Below the pieces are notes generated by a model. The model searched no databases and had not been told where the DNA came from. It was given only the letters and a program-made list of their open reading frames with translations. Below, piece after piece: positions 40,401-53,634 of a stretch of 64,000 bases of DNA (position 1 is the stretch's first letter; every line of letters starts with the position of its first letter). The DNA is from Trichoplax adhaerens. Taxonomy: Eukaryota; Animalia; Placozoa. Both the position numbers and the translations under genes were made by a program. The stretch lies in the NCBI RefSeq assembly GCF_000150275.1, contig NW_002060967.1:124001-188000 (forward strand), given 5' to 3'.

Positions 40401-41584
40401 TTTGGTCAATTTTATCATTAGCTAAGCTGCTTACAGGAGAAATCGCAGGAAGAAAATTATTTCAGGACAGAACTGGAAGATGTTTTGAAGAAACATTTAA
40501 CGAATTATTCAGTGGTATGGAATAGTTCCTGAAACTACGTAGAGTAACATTGGCCCTACGTACAGCGATAGACTAAGAACTTAAAAGATACTATAATATC
40601 TATACTTGAGAGATATCTTCATGTTACCACCATCTTACAGCTATAAATACTATTGCCTAATGGTAATATCTGTATTGCGAATAGCGATGAAATAAATAAT
40701 AGAGGACCTTAATTTTTATGTTATTTATAGTGGAACGTATACAAGGCATATCTGAACTTAAAGAAAACAAGAACTTCTTATTAATTATTCAGTGTCTGGA
40801 TGAACAATTTTCCTTAATATCAAAGGCCTTAGAAAAATTCCTAAAAAAAAAAGAAATGAAGTATACCGTTTCAGATGAAGTCGATGAAGGCCAACTTCCT
40901 ATAGCTTATTCTATGGTTAAACAAACCGCTGAAGCTGGAAAGGCACGTTTCCATAGCTCTAATCCACCAGTTCTGTATTAATCAGAATATGATAATAACA
41001 GTTCGCAATAATGATCAAAATGCTTATTTTGTTTTATGATGTTTATATTTTCCTACTAATATTAACTTGATTTGGCGAAAAGAATAATTAACTTATACTG
41101 AAACGTTCTAAAAATCTTGAATCAACCAGCATATTTTACTGTTCTATGTTCATTTATTTAGCTATAATTTAATTAGAGACGGATCAAATGTGTTCATCAG
41201 GTATAAATCGAAATTCACTCTGATTATTTTCGTTGATAATAGATTATCATATTCCTCACAAAGAAATTAGTGGAAACGGTCGAAGAATACAGGGAAAATA
41301 GTAGAATCAATTATGATAATGACGATGAGAAAGCTATGATCATCTTCTTTTGGATTACTGTCTTGGAAAGATTAAGAAAACATAAAAATAGTATTGATAT
41401 TATCCTTATCAAAGATAGTAAACTAGATAGTAGTATTATGGTGCAGAATGGAAATAAAATTCTTGGCTTAGATGATCTCCCAATCTATGATATTCAAAGC
41501 AAGAAGGACCAAAACCAAATTCTAAATTGTCTCACACATACGACTCGAGGAGATAAAAATTGGAAAATTTCAAGTGCTGTTTAA
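34415..41584 (+). CDS. Receptor 3: family member of the second subfamily (~562 aa, 11 exons)
   Basis: Exons 34415-34537 (MANFSRSYITIFFLFTCIGFSLG...MCYHRCIAK), 37133-37337 (CLSSCEFV), 37747-37785, 38373-38426, 38735-38938, 39211-39489, 39604-39639, 40110-40211 (TM), 40422-40514, 40731-40942 (GC donor), 41243-41584. 1689 nt open with compatible phases. Confidence 0.83.
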
Positions 41585-42311
41585 GGCTATAATTTCTTTG
41601 GATTTCGATCTTTCTTGAATTGCTATAGTACTGAAATTTACTTTAAACACCCACGATTTAAAATGTTGTAAGGTGTGATATTCTTGGAAAATGATATAAG
41701 ATATATTCCAATAAGAGATCGTTTGCTAATCCATGTAAGCGATTCTTAAGCTTCAGTAGTCGAAATTCGACAGTTTTAGCATTGTTGGTCCAGCCAATGT
41801 AAATATAGAATTACTGTAAGCTTTAGTAGTATTTATAAAGAGAAATATCACGATTAATTGCATCGCTTTTATTGCAATTAAACGGTAACAAATCTACTCC
41901 TTGTGTACAAATATTGTAATGCATTATGGCATAATTGAGTGTAAACTGGTTGATTAGCCAATATATCTGTAATATTTTTGCATGAAAATTTATTTTTCTA
42001 CTCTAATGTTAAATTTTATTACCACCTAATACTTTATTACTAACTCACAACTGTCAAATTGATAATAAAACTAGCCATATTCTCTAAATAAACTAACTTC
42101 TGATCTCCACATTTCTGATAATTGGAGATCAAAATGAATAAGACCTTAAATTTTAACCGGCTTGATTGAATTCCGAACTAGCAAAATATTAATCTCAAAC
42201 ATTTGATATCTAAATTATTATCTACGTGCATTATATCGAAGAATTTGAAAATAATAACTTCACTACTAAACACTAAAGAATTCGATTATTTGAAAATTGA
42301 AATAAAAAGTT

Positions 42312-43736
42312 ATAGGGATTGACTGGCAATTTCGAAGTTTTGTGGAATCGTTACCTTGATTTTCAATCTCGTGTCTCTCAGTACAAATTACCGTACTTAA
42401 GATTACATCTATTTTCTTGGTAAGAAATGAAGAGTTTTGATTTAGTAAAACAACATTTTCTAAAGCTACACTCGTCAGTCATCATGGCTAGTCTCTACAT
42501 GGGTTATTCTAAAGTTTGCGCTAATATTTCACTAATTTTGTCAATGGATAAAGTGCCTAAAGGAGAAAATAAAGGAAAATTATTTCGGGAAAGAATCGGA
42601 AGCTGTGTCACAAGAATATCATCAAAATGAATAAATCCTAGGTACAGAACAAATCCTAAAGACCACGTAGCGTAGCATTAGCCTTATATTTAATGATAGT
42701 CTAAGAAGTTAATAAATACTATAATTTCTATACTTAAAAGACATCTTCATGTTACTACCATCTTATAGTTATAGATACTACTGACTTGTGATAATATCTG
42801 TAATACGAATAGTGATGAAAAAGATAATAGAGAACCTTATTTTTACGTTCTACACCGGGCATATCTCACTTAAAAAAATGCAAAGATTTTTTACTCATCG
42901 TCTAATATCCGTGAATACACCTTCCCTTAAGGTCAGCGGGATTAGTAAATCTTCGAAAAAACAAAGGTATAAAGCATATCGTTCCCGATGAAATTGATAA
43001 AAACCAAGTTACTGTGTTTATGGACGTAAATACACAATCCAATAAATTTCCAAAGGTCAGTTTTTGTAACTCTAATCCACCAATTCTACTTTAAGCAGAA
43101 TATGATAATAACAATTTGCAATTGTGATTAACGCGTTAATTCGTTTTTGATATGTATATTATGCTATAAATGCACCTGATTTAACAACCGAAATACATTA
43201 TTAACTAATAGTAGAACGTTCTAAAAATCCTTCATCTATCCGTATATTTGCCTTTCTATATCACTTATATTAGCTATAATTTAAAGAAAGGTCAATTATG
43301 TTCATCAGTCATGAATCGAAATTAATTTTTGTTATTTTCGTTGTTGATAGATTATCATTCTCCTCGTACCAGAATTAGTGGAAACTATCGCTGACTACAG
43401 AAGAAAAGGTCCACTCATTGATGATAATCGTGACAAGAGCAAGGATATCGTCATTTTCTGTTAAAAATTGCCTTGCGAAAGTTTATAGAACATCCAAATA
43501 ATATTGACGTTACCCATGCCAAAGATAGTGAACTAGGCAATAGTCCTAGAAAGCAGAATGAAGATGAAATTCTTGGCTTAAAATATCTCTTAATCTATGA
43601 CATTCTAGACAATGAGGACCAAAACCGAATTTTAACTGATCTCACTCATATAACTTTTCATAGGAATCGAAGTCCGAGAATTCTGTCTACTTTTGAAGGC
43701 GTAATTCCTTTAATTTTGATCACTGTTATATTGTAA
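42312..43736 (+). pseudogene. 5'-truncated receptor pseudogene (end of TM exon plus three cytoplasmic exons)
   Basis: Starts inside a TM exon remnant (gggattgactggcaatttcgaag) with the donor deleted. The next acceptors are mutated and the exon near 42850-42995 is disrupted. The last exon from 43351 has TAA at 43462-43464 where receptors 3/4 have the conserved Trp (FFW). Confidence 0.85.
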
Positions 43737-46484
43737 TAATATTGAAATTAGTGAGCAATATCCGCGATTTAAAATGGTTTAGGATGAAAATTCACGTAGA
43801 ATATATTCAAATAAGAGATTATTTGCTAATCCATGATGACGATTCTGAAGCTACAATACTCCAAATTAAAAAGTTTTCAACATTGTTCGTGTAGCTAACG
43901 TAAACATAGAATTGCAATAAGCTTTAGTAGTATTTATAAAGAGAAATTTCAACATAAATAGCACTGCTTTTATTGCAATTGCAGAGTAACAAATTTACTC
44001 CTTGTGTATAAATACTACAGTACAGTATGGCCTAATTGGGGTAGAAACTGGCTGATTAGCCTACACATCTGTAACATTTTTTCTATAAAAATTTATTTCT
44101 TCACTTTAACATTAAATTTTATTACCACCCAATACTTTAAGACTAACTCATACCCGTAAATTGATAATTAAAACTAGCCATATTCTTTCAATAGACTAAT
44201 TTTTGATCTTCATATTTTCTGATAAACTGAGTGATCAAAATGAAGAAGACTTATGTTTTTACTGGCTTCATTGAATTCTGAATTAACATAATATTAGTCA
44301 TGAACATTTGCATCCAAATTATTGCCTACATGCATAATATCGGAAAATTTGAAAGTAACAAATTTAGTGCTAAACTCTAAAGAAATTGATTATTTATAAG
44401 TTCAAATAGGCAGTGTTTCCAGTAGAACTTTAATACAGCTATTCAAATAAGGATAGTGCAATGATAAGCATTTATATTAAAGGGGCTATTAATCTATTCG
44501 TGCAGAAGCTGCAGTATACTGTACGTATATTATGTAGAATTCTTAGGAACGACTGAATATCAATCAAGTAATCTCTTGAAAATAAACAATTATAAATTTA
44601 GGATCTAATGTATAGTACATATTACATCGGTAATATTTAAAACATTTAAAAAATAAGAATTATACTAACAATCTTTCCGAAGACACTTATTATTTGTAAA
44701 TAGAAATATGAATCTTTCAAGTAGAATTTTAATTTAATTGTTCAAGAATAATAATACTCTGTGATTTCTATATAAAAGGTTATTAGTCTATTTGTTCAGA
44801 AAGTACAGTATAAACGATCAAGCAAAATACTAAAGAAGAATCAGTCGTAAAAGAAATGATTATGAAATCAGATATAATGGGTGATATACGAGCCGTATAC
44901 TGTATACGAGTGTATTATAACGGTAAAATTTACTATACCACCAGTTTCTCCAAGAATTTGATAATTTGTAGACAGCGATAGGTAACTTTTAATTAAAGCT
45001 TTCAATATAACTACTCAAGAACGATGTTACTGCAAACCTATATTTACATACAAAGCAATATTAGCCTACTGTATATACTTTAAAATAGCAACTAAACTAC
45101 TACCTTTCTCTAAGGATTTAATCACTTAAATAAATTATGTTAGGCAGTTTTCCAACCAGAATTTTGGTATACCTTCTCGACAATGATACTACCGTAGTGT
45201 ACACTTACATACAAATTAATAATATTCTATATATATAAATTCGAAAAATAACAACTGTAAATATTCTACCAATCTTTCCATAGAATTTGATAATTTATAA
45301 ACAGACACATAATCTTCCAAGTAGAATTTTTACTATAAATACATACTCAACAATGATACTGCAGCAAACTATATATACTATATATAAATGTAAACGACTA
45401 TTAGTTTATATATATAGGTATATATATATTATACATTTGACCTATCTCTCTAGGGAATTTGAAATTGATGCTATCGTAATCTACGCTTACATGCTAAGGA
45501 ATATTTGTCCATATTTACGTAACTACACCATATCTGATCTAGAATTCTTAAGAATTACTGAAAGTAGATCAATTAATCCTTTGCAAGGATTCAAAATTTA
45601 GGTACATACTGTATAATGTATGGTATCGGTAATATTGAAAAGTAAGAATTATATTGGTAATCTCATTCAGAAATCTGGCAATTTATGAATTAAAATAGCT
45701 TGTCCTTCAAATACAAATTACATAAGCTACCCTTGAATGATACTACTATAGTGAATTTTTATTTTTATAAAATTATTAGTCTATTCTCTTCAATAGTAAA
45801 ACATGAACTTTTGCGGAAACCAACAGTGAAGTATATAGGGTGTAGAATTATTCGGATTTACTGAACACAAATTAAATAAAATCCTTAAGTAGCGGCAATA
45901 ACATTACTATAGCGCTTAATGTATGTATCCAAGCTTCTATATACTAATTACGAGAATTCGATTACCATATCGCGCCAGAGCACGAGCAACTGATCATGTG
46001 AAACTAGGCGAGCATTGCATCTTGCTGTAGCACATATCAGTTTCGGCACTAATTAAGAATTCAATTTTAGCACTAAAGTTACGACGCTACTATCAGTGAA
46101 TTCGGCGATATAGAATCTTCTCTTACCAATAATTATAATTAATTATTGTACCCGTATTATCCCCTTATTCTTATGATAATATAAATAATGTAGAGATACG
46201 TCAACAGTCTATAGAATCCCATATTAGATGAAGAGAAGGATGGAGTAGGTATAGGCTGTCATGCTTTGTTGATAATAACCTGATATACATTGTTATGCTT
46301 ATTTTTAGCGCGATTTAATAACCTTGATTCGAAAGCATCCGGAATAATTACAATGAATCCATGCTTTCACGGCTATTGTATAATCATTTTTATATAGATG
46401 TTATAGGAAATAGTGCAGCAGTATAAAATCGACATCCCATATAGTACTACTGCACACTATTAAGAATTTTCCTTCAAGAATAGC

Positions 46485-49400
46485 ATGACCAAGTTTCTTT
46501 GCAGTTATTTTGCCATCTATTTCCTCTTCACTTGGATTGGATTCACCGTTACAATCACTCCAGATGCTGTCTGGAGATCATTGTGTTTACATCGATGTCA
46601 AGATAAGGTAAAGTAAAAATTTCTTTTACATACGGTAGCCACACATTTTTTTTTTTTGGAGCTTTTCTATTCTTAATTGCTGACGTATAAAATGAACAGC
46701 CGAATAGTAGCCAAACAACTTGATCGATATCACTCTAATATCGCTGTAAGGAACTGGAGTAAAAAGTATAGAAAGCAATTATTACAGTATTGCTGGATAA
46801 ATACTCTAACAGCAATCATTTCGGATATACTTAAAGATGTACATTGTTTTTTTCCATTGAATTAGTTACTTCTTACGATAGAAAGTGATCCATCATTTTT
46901 TTAAGCTTTTTCCGCTACTTTTACAAAATTGAACTTGAAAAAGTTTCATTCCGTTTCTTATTTATTTCTATATCATGCATGATTACTAGAACTATGGTTT
47001 GGATGTTTCTGAATAAACGCGTAATTTATCAATTTATTTTATACCGTATGACTAATTCAATCTTGCAATTTCTGTACGTCCGTTAAAGCTAGTTATGTCA
47101 GCTAGCATGACCCATTTCGTGGCCATCGATTTTATTGATTCATTTTACATGCCGTAAGGAATTCAATCCTACGGCTTTAATGATTGCAATTAAACCACTT
47201 CTAATAGCCTATTGGCCAACTATCACTTGATTGCTAAATCCATGTTGTACATAGAACAGATTAATCTTACGATTTCTTGATTGCCTTATTAGTTAAGCTA
47301 GTATGTCCCTTGTATAAATTCTTTTTACACAAGCGTCGTTTTTCTAAATTCATTCTATTTAAACAAATTCAATCTTGTAATCGATTAATTACCATTTAGA
47401 TTAGTTTTGTCCCCTTGCATCGCCTATTTTGCACTACCGTAGCTTTGATTGATTTTCCTAATACTATCAAAATATCCTTGCCGGCTATCTACGTTAACAT
47501 ATATACTGATGGACTGGCCATGAATAGATGCGCTTAGTAAGAAGCGGCCTTTTAGGAATTACCGTAAATGACAATTTACTACAAGTTAGAGTTTTCAGTT
47601 ACCCACAACCTTATGATAACATTCAACTAATCCGCAATTGGACGGATATCCGGTTGTACTTGTTAAGTGTATATCTAACTATGTCGTTTTTGCGATGTCT
47701 AATCAGATAGGCACATCCAAAGATAAAATATTATATACTATTTTAAGCTTGCTGTATTCGATAGACTTGACGGATCATTTAAAAGTATTTGACTCCTGCT
47801 AAAAAGCTATTCCATCACTCAGCAATGGTAGTAAAATATCTTTTGATAACACTTTGTTTATTTTTATCAATTATGGTGAGAAAAGTAGCAATTTCATAGT
47901 CTTATCGTTATTATTATTGCATGAACGTAGTCTTCAAATAAAAATGAAGATAATCCCCAAAAAACAAATCATAGTTGATAGCTACCTGTTGCTTAGCGGG
48001 GAGCGAAAAATTTCTCGGGAATTATCAACCATTACTCATCTATTAAACTAATTAAGACGGCCCATTCATCTCTTTTGTCGACGTCCGCCATTAAAAAATG
48101 CTGTCGTCTTATAATCAGGTTTCATCTTCTCCGCTTTTAATGGCTTTAGAAAATTTTAGCTACTCATGAAGTAAAGAAGTACGATAAATTATAGTATAGA
48201 TAAAATGATTGTAAAATGGCTAAAACTTACATAACTTGATCCGACATGACCTCCTTTAAAAGTAGAACAACCCCATGGTAAAGAGCCCTTTCCTTTCCGA
48301 TCGATCTCGCTTTGTTTTTGGTAAAGAGTCTTTCCCTTTTCCGATCGATCGCCTTTTATGTCCTATTCGTTCACGAACAGTTGGAAAAAGGAAAAATACA
48401 TTCATTGAATAATACAGCACTTGGTGCCAGTGTTCCCATCGAGGAAATCCGCAATCATTCTTAATTTGAGGAGTAAATCTTATTAGTAGATTCACTAAGT
48501 GTTAAGGCCTATCCTGAAAATCAGCCCATCCCTAGTACATCATTAACATCGCCGCAAATAGTACTAAATTAACTGAATAATAATATGAATTAAATACTTT
48601 ATTGTGTATTAATGGCATAGGCAGCTTCAAGTGTAGTCAGGGCACTGTGATGGCTACCGATTGAAAGCCGAGAGTAAAATGAATCATTAACGAGAGACTC
48701 CATTTTGATACAGAAATAATATTTCAACTACTGTGGTATGGGGAACTTTGGGAAGGCTGTGACATATCAAAATTTACTACTTGTTATTTGCTACTGCGAC
48801 TCGCTACTTATTCTAGTACGGCGGTTCTCTCTTGACAGAGTATAAAGTAAAGATTCTTTATAAATATAAATATAATAGGCAAGGATACTTTAATGGACTA
48901 CTAAATAAAGACCTTCTTTTAGTAGGCCTTGGCTTAAACTAATCTGCTTCATGTTGCTAATCAGAGGATAGAATTCTTTCTCTTTCAATGACACAAAGTC
49001 CAATCGAATTGTGAGGCTATGTGTACTGTATAAGCAAAAGCAAAGAGATTTTCCAATAGCGATGTAACAAGATGTCACGCGATCATTTTTAGTGGGCTTA
49101 ACGTCGTCCATCTTGCTTCTATCGCCTATTTGGATCATTCTTGCTGATTATCGCAATCCATTCTTTATATACCTATAAAGTAAAATCCATAGACGATCCT
49201 GTATACGTCACAATTATTTATATTATACTACAACCTAGTAAAACCTGTATCCGATTTTATACAATTTTGTAAAGGTAATGAAAATTATTGCGATGACAAG
49301 CCAATCATAGTTTTTCTTGGTAGCAAGTTATCCGATTTTATACCATTTTATAATCGTGATAAAGATTGTTGCGATAACAAGCTAATTGTAGCATTTCTTT

Positions 49401-52400
49401 GTAGCAAATTATAAAGGATGCGAGACCTGGATGTATCAAGCCAATTACTCAGGAGTGTTTCAAGCCATGCTTTAGACCTTGCAACACATCATTCAATGGA
49501 GAAAACTATTGCAAAGGCCTTACTTGCCGAAAATTTGCCAACAATCAAAAAAAAATATGCCGTGAATCCTGCAGTTTTGCTGATAAAGTCATCTTTATGA
49601 ACTTACCATGTAAGTCAATCAATATTTGCTAGGATAAATGAACATAGACAGGGAAAAATCTTCTTCTTACTTTCATAACTTAAAATAGAACCGTTAATTC
49701 TTAGTAGAATCACTAGCTACTGTATTGAATAAGATCGAAAAGAAATGGACAACAATGTTAACATAAACAGTATTTACTCTGCACACAGTTCTATAGTTGT
49801 GCTTGCTTGCAGCTACGGAATGCGTATAAGGATAATTAATTTAGTGCTAGAAAGTGATCGCTAAGTATCTTAGCTAGTCTTAAACCTCAAGCTTCAGCAA
49901 CTATTTAATTAATGCAAGAATGCAGCATATTAATAGCTTATCGATTCTGGTATAATTTCCAAAAGCATATGAGAACAATATCTTCATAAAATCATGTTAA
50001 CTACTACCGTATGCTATTTAATAAAATCTAAGTGACGATATTTTTGATATCTTTTCCGTGGAATTAGATAATCAGAGTCTTGTTGATCCTCTATTTGAAC
50101 ATACTTGTAAGTATCGTATTTCAAAATAGATTTATTCTCTGATCAAACTGTGTTGATTCAGTATTCAGATATAATTAGTCTTCGTTAAATCAATCTATGA
50201 TAGGATATTAACCCATTTCATAGGCTTAGTAAACTATTTTATAATATAGAAATGAGAATCTTTCTTAACAACTTGCAATCGATATCTTAATGATAGTGTT
50301 CTGTAGTGTACACAAAACTACTGTAATTAGCTGAAATCACTACACGTTCTTAATTTAAAAGAAAGTATCTATTCTTAAAGTAGAGCCTATTCTGCAAGCT
50401 TGTTTTATGCTTTGCATAATTACCTTCCATCATAGCTAGTAGTTACGGCTACGGCTGTTCAATTTGAAATAATAACAAAAATTAGGGCACAAGCATTGTA
50501 AAACGATAGCTAACACCTACATTAAAATAGTATTCTATTAAGACAATCTGTTTATAATTTGATATGCAAAGAAGTAAGAAGTTGATCAACATTCAAAAGT
50601 AGTTTGTACTGAAGATATCCAATAACATCAATATTTCGCCTTTACATATTTTATAATTATCCTCGGACTAATAAAATCCTTTCTATACCGCTATGACACA
50701 ATGATACTTATTAATTAATGCTATCACATTTTTTGATCTATAGATTGGAATACTGAGGAAAATCTACAAAATTCCCTATGTAATGTCAACAATCCAGGTG
50801 CAATGAAATATATAGCCAGAAATTTGCTGATTGGAAATGAACCCTTCCGAACAAAATCAAACGACGAAATATGCACCTGTTCCATTAACAATCCGTTGTC
50901 CCTCAATATTAGCCATTATATCGTTTCACCTATAAAGTCTTCAGTCGATTATAAAGATGGCAAACTCGTCTTACAAGTGCAATTTCAAGCTAAAGGTTAA
51001 TTCATTTCTTAATTATAATCCTTTTCATAACTTTCGCTCTCCAGTAAACTACTTCTAGTTATTCCACAGCAATGCCAGTTACATCGTAATCCAGTCATTA
51101 TTTAGGTCGTAATAAAGCATTCACTTTTTGGTTCAATTTCTGCCATATTTTATTCTTTTGATCGTATCCTATCTTACTCAAAGTCAAATTTATCCTTTAT
51201 TTCCTTATTGCTACTTTGTCTTAACACATTTCTCTAATTTTTAATCTACAATAGAGAAATTTGTCTACTACGAATTGCGTTACTTCCTCAAGAAACTGAA
51301 TGATGACTCTGGAGCTGTAATTACATACTGTAATATAACTAAAAGTAATGTAGCAACCGCCATCTTGCACCAACCTAAAGATCAACTTCGTTATAACGTT
51401 GATCGAAATAATGATGGAATCAATTTTATCATCATCGTCGTACCTAGTGTTACTAATCTGATTGCCACCACATCCTTAGCGAAACTTACTCCAGCAGCAC
51501 TAGAGTATTTAAACCCTGTTGTCTCTACGATTTCGACTGGTAAGTATTTATGATTATTCTGGACTGAAATAGGTTTATCTATTCTACCACTATATATTAG
51601 ATGAATTATAGGATATTTTATATCTTTTAATAGTTGCTTTTCATACAGAAAATGTATCAGAATCCAATTATGTGACATCTGGTAAGTAAATACTATAATC
51701 TAAACGATATAGAGAGAAATAAATTTGCTATACTGTAGATTCCATATTTCATCGATCGTTTCTAAGTTGAGTTCTGGATGAAGGAAAAATCAACAGAGAT
51801 ATTAACTTTCTATCATTACATATAGTTCTTCATATCGAGCTAGGATAGTTTAATCATTAACTAACGATGATGAAATTGTGAAACGAAATCTTCTTAAACA
51901 TTAAAAATCAATGTTACTTGTTAATCAATTCATATTGCTAATTCTAATTATATTAGTAACTTTAAACAACCGAGTTATCCAGCACCATTGAGTGTTATAT
52001 CTTGCAGAATACCATCTATTGCATTTAATCGCCATTATTCTATATCAATACTTAGCTGTACGATAAAGCAATAGCTAGCAAGTAATCTACTCTACTAGAA
52101 ATTTATCTTCGTTCTCAACCTCCAGACTCTTGCAGTCTTATAGGCCAAAACGTCTTACACTAACATTGAATTTATTTTTAGATCGTACGGAAAAAGATGA
52201 TACCTGGAAATGGCTATCTGTATTAGGTATCTTATTAATTGCAGCTTCTATTTTTGGGATTTACTGGCATTTTCGAAGTAAGTTTTGTGAAATCGTCAAA
52301 ACTATTTTTAAATTTATACCTTTCAGTATGAATTACTTAAGATTACATCTAGTAAAACAATATTTTCTGAAAGCTGCACTCGTTATTCATCATAGCTATT

Positions 52401-53634
52401 CTATAAATGGACTACTTTAAAGTTCATGCTAATATTTGTCTAATCTTGTCATTAGCCAAACTGCTTACTGGAGAAAATAAAGCAAGAAAATTATTTCGCA
52501 AAAGAACCGGAAAACGTCTAGCTAAAACATTGGAGAAATTATTCCTCGGTAAAGAACAGATCCTGAAAACATCATAGCGTAGCATTAGCTCCATATGTAG
52601 TCATAGTCTAAGTTTTCAAAAGATACTATAATGCCTATCTATACTTGAAAGACATCTGCATGTTACCACTATCTTATTGCTATAGATACTACTGACTTAT
52701 AGTAATATACGTAATGCGGATAGCGATGAAAAAGATAATAGAGGACTTATTTTTTACGTTATTTATAGCGCATCCTATACGAGACATAAACCAATTAATA
52801 AAAAGGAAAAACTTTTTATTCATCGTTCAATATCCGTGGAAAAATCTTCCCTTAAGGTCAGCGGAATTAGCAAATCTTCTTGGTAAAAGTAATATAAGAT
52901 ATACCGTTCCCGACGAAATTGATGATAACGAATTTCCTACGCCTTTGAATATGGTTGAACAGCCCGGTAAATCACGAAAGGTCAGTTTTTATAACTCTAG
53001 TCCTTCAATATTCTATATTAAATAGAATATAATAGCAATTTGCAATAGCAATTTGCAATAGCGATTAACGCGTTGATTTGTTTCTGATGTGTATATTATG
53101 CTACTGATGTACTTAATTTAACGACTGGAATACTTGCCGTAGCTAATAGTAGAATGTTCTAAAAATTTGTCATCTATCGGCATATTCTGCCATCTACATC
53201 ACTTAAATTAGCTATAATTTGAAAAATAGGTCAAATATATTTATCAGCCCTGAATCGAAATTGAATTTACTTATTTTCATTGATGATAGATTATCATTTT
53301 CCTGACAACGGGATTAGTGGAAACGGTCGCCGACTACAGAAGAAATGGTATCCTGACTGATGCTGATTGTGATGAAGGCAAAGATATGGTTATCTTTTTT
53401 TGGATTGCTGTCTTGGAAGTATTAAGAAAACATCGAAATTCTATCGATATTATCCTTGTTAAAGATAGTAAACTGGATAATGGTCCTGCAGTGCAGAATG
53501 GAAATAAAATTCTTGGCTTAGATGAATTCTCAATCTACGATCTTCAAAATAGTGATGACCGATGTCAAATTCGTACCTGTCTCTTCTATACGATTCAAGG
53601 AGATCGAAATTCTCGAATTCCATCTACTGTTTAA
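46485..53634 (+). CDS. Receptor 4: close paralog of receptor 3 (~560 aa, 10 exons)
   Basis: Exons 46485-46607, 49405-49609, 50068-50106, 50744-50995, 51255-51539, 51649-51681, 52182-52277 (TM: WKWLSVLGILLIAASIFGIYWHF), 52456-52548, 52769-52980, 53290-53634. All GT-AG, 1683 nt open. Confidence 0.87.
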
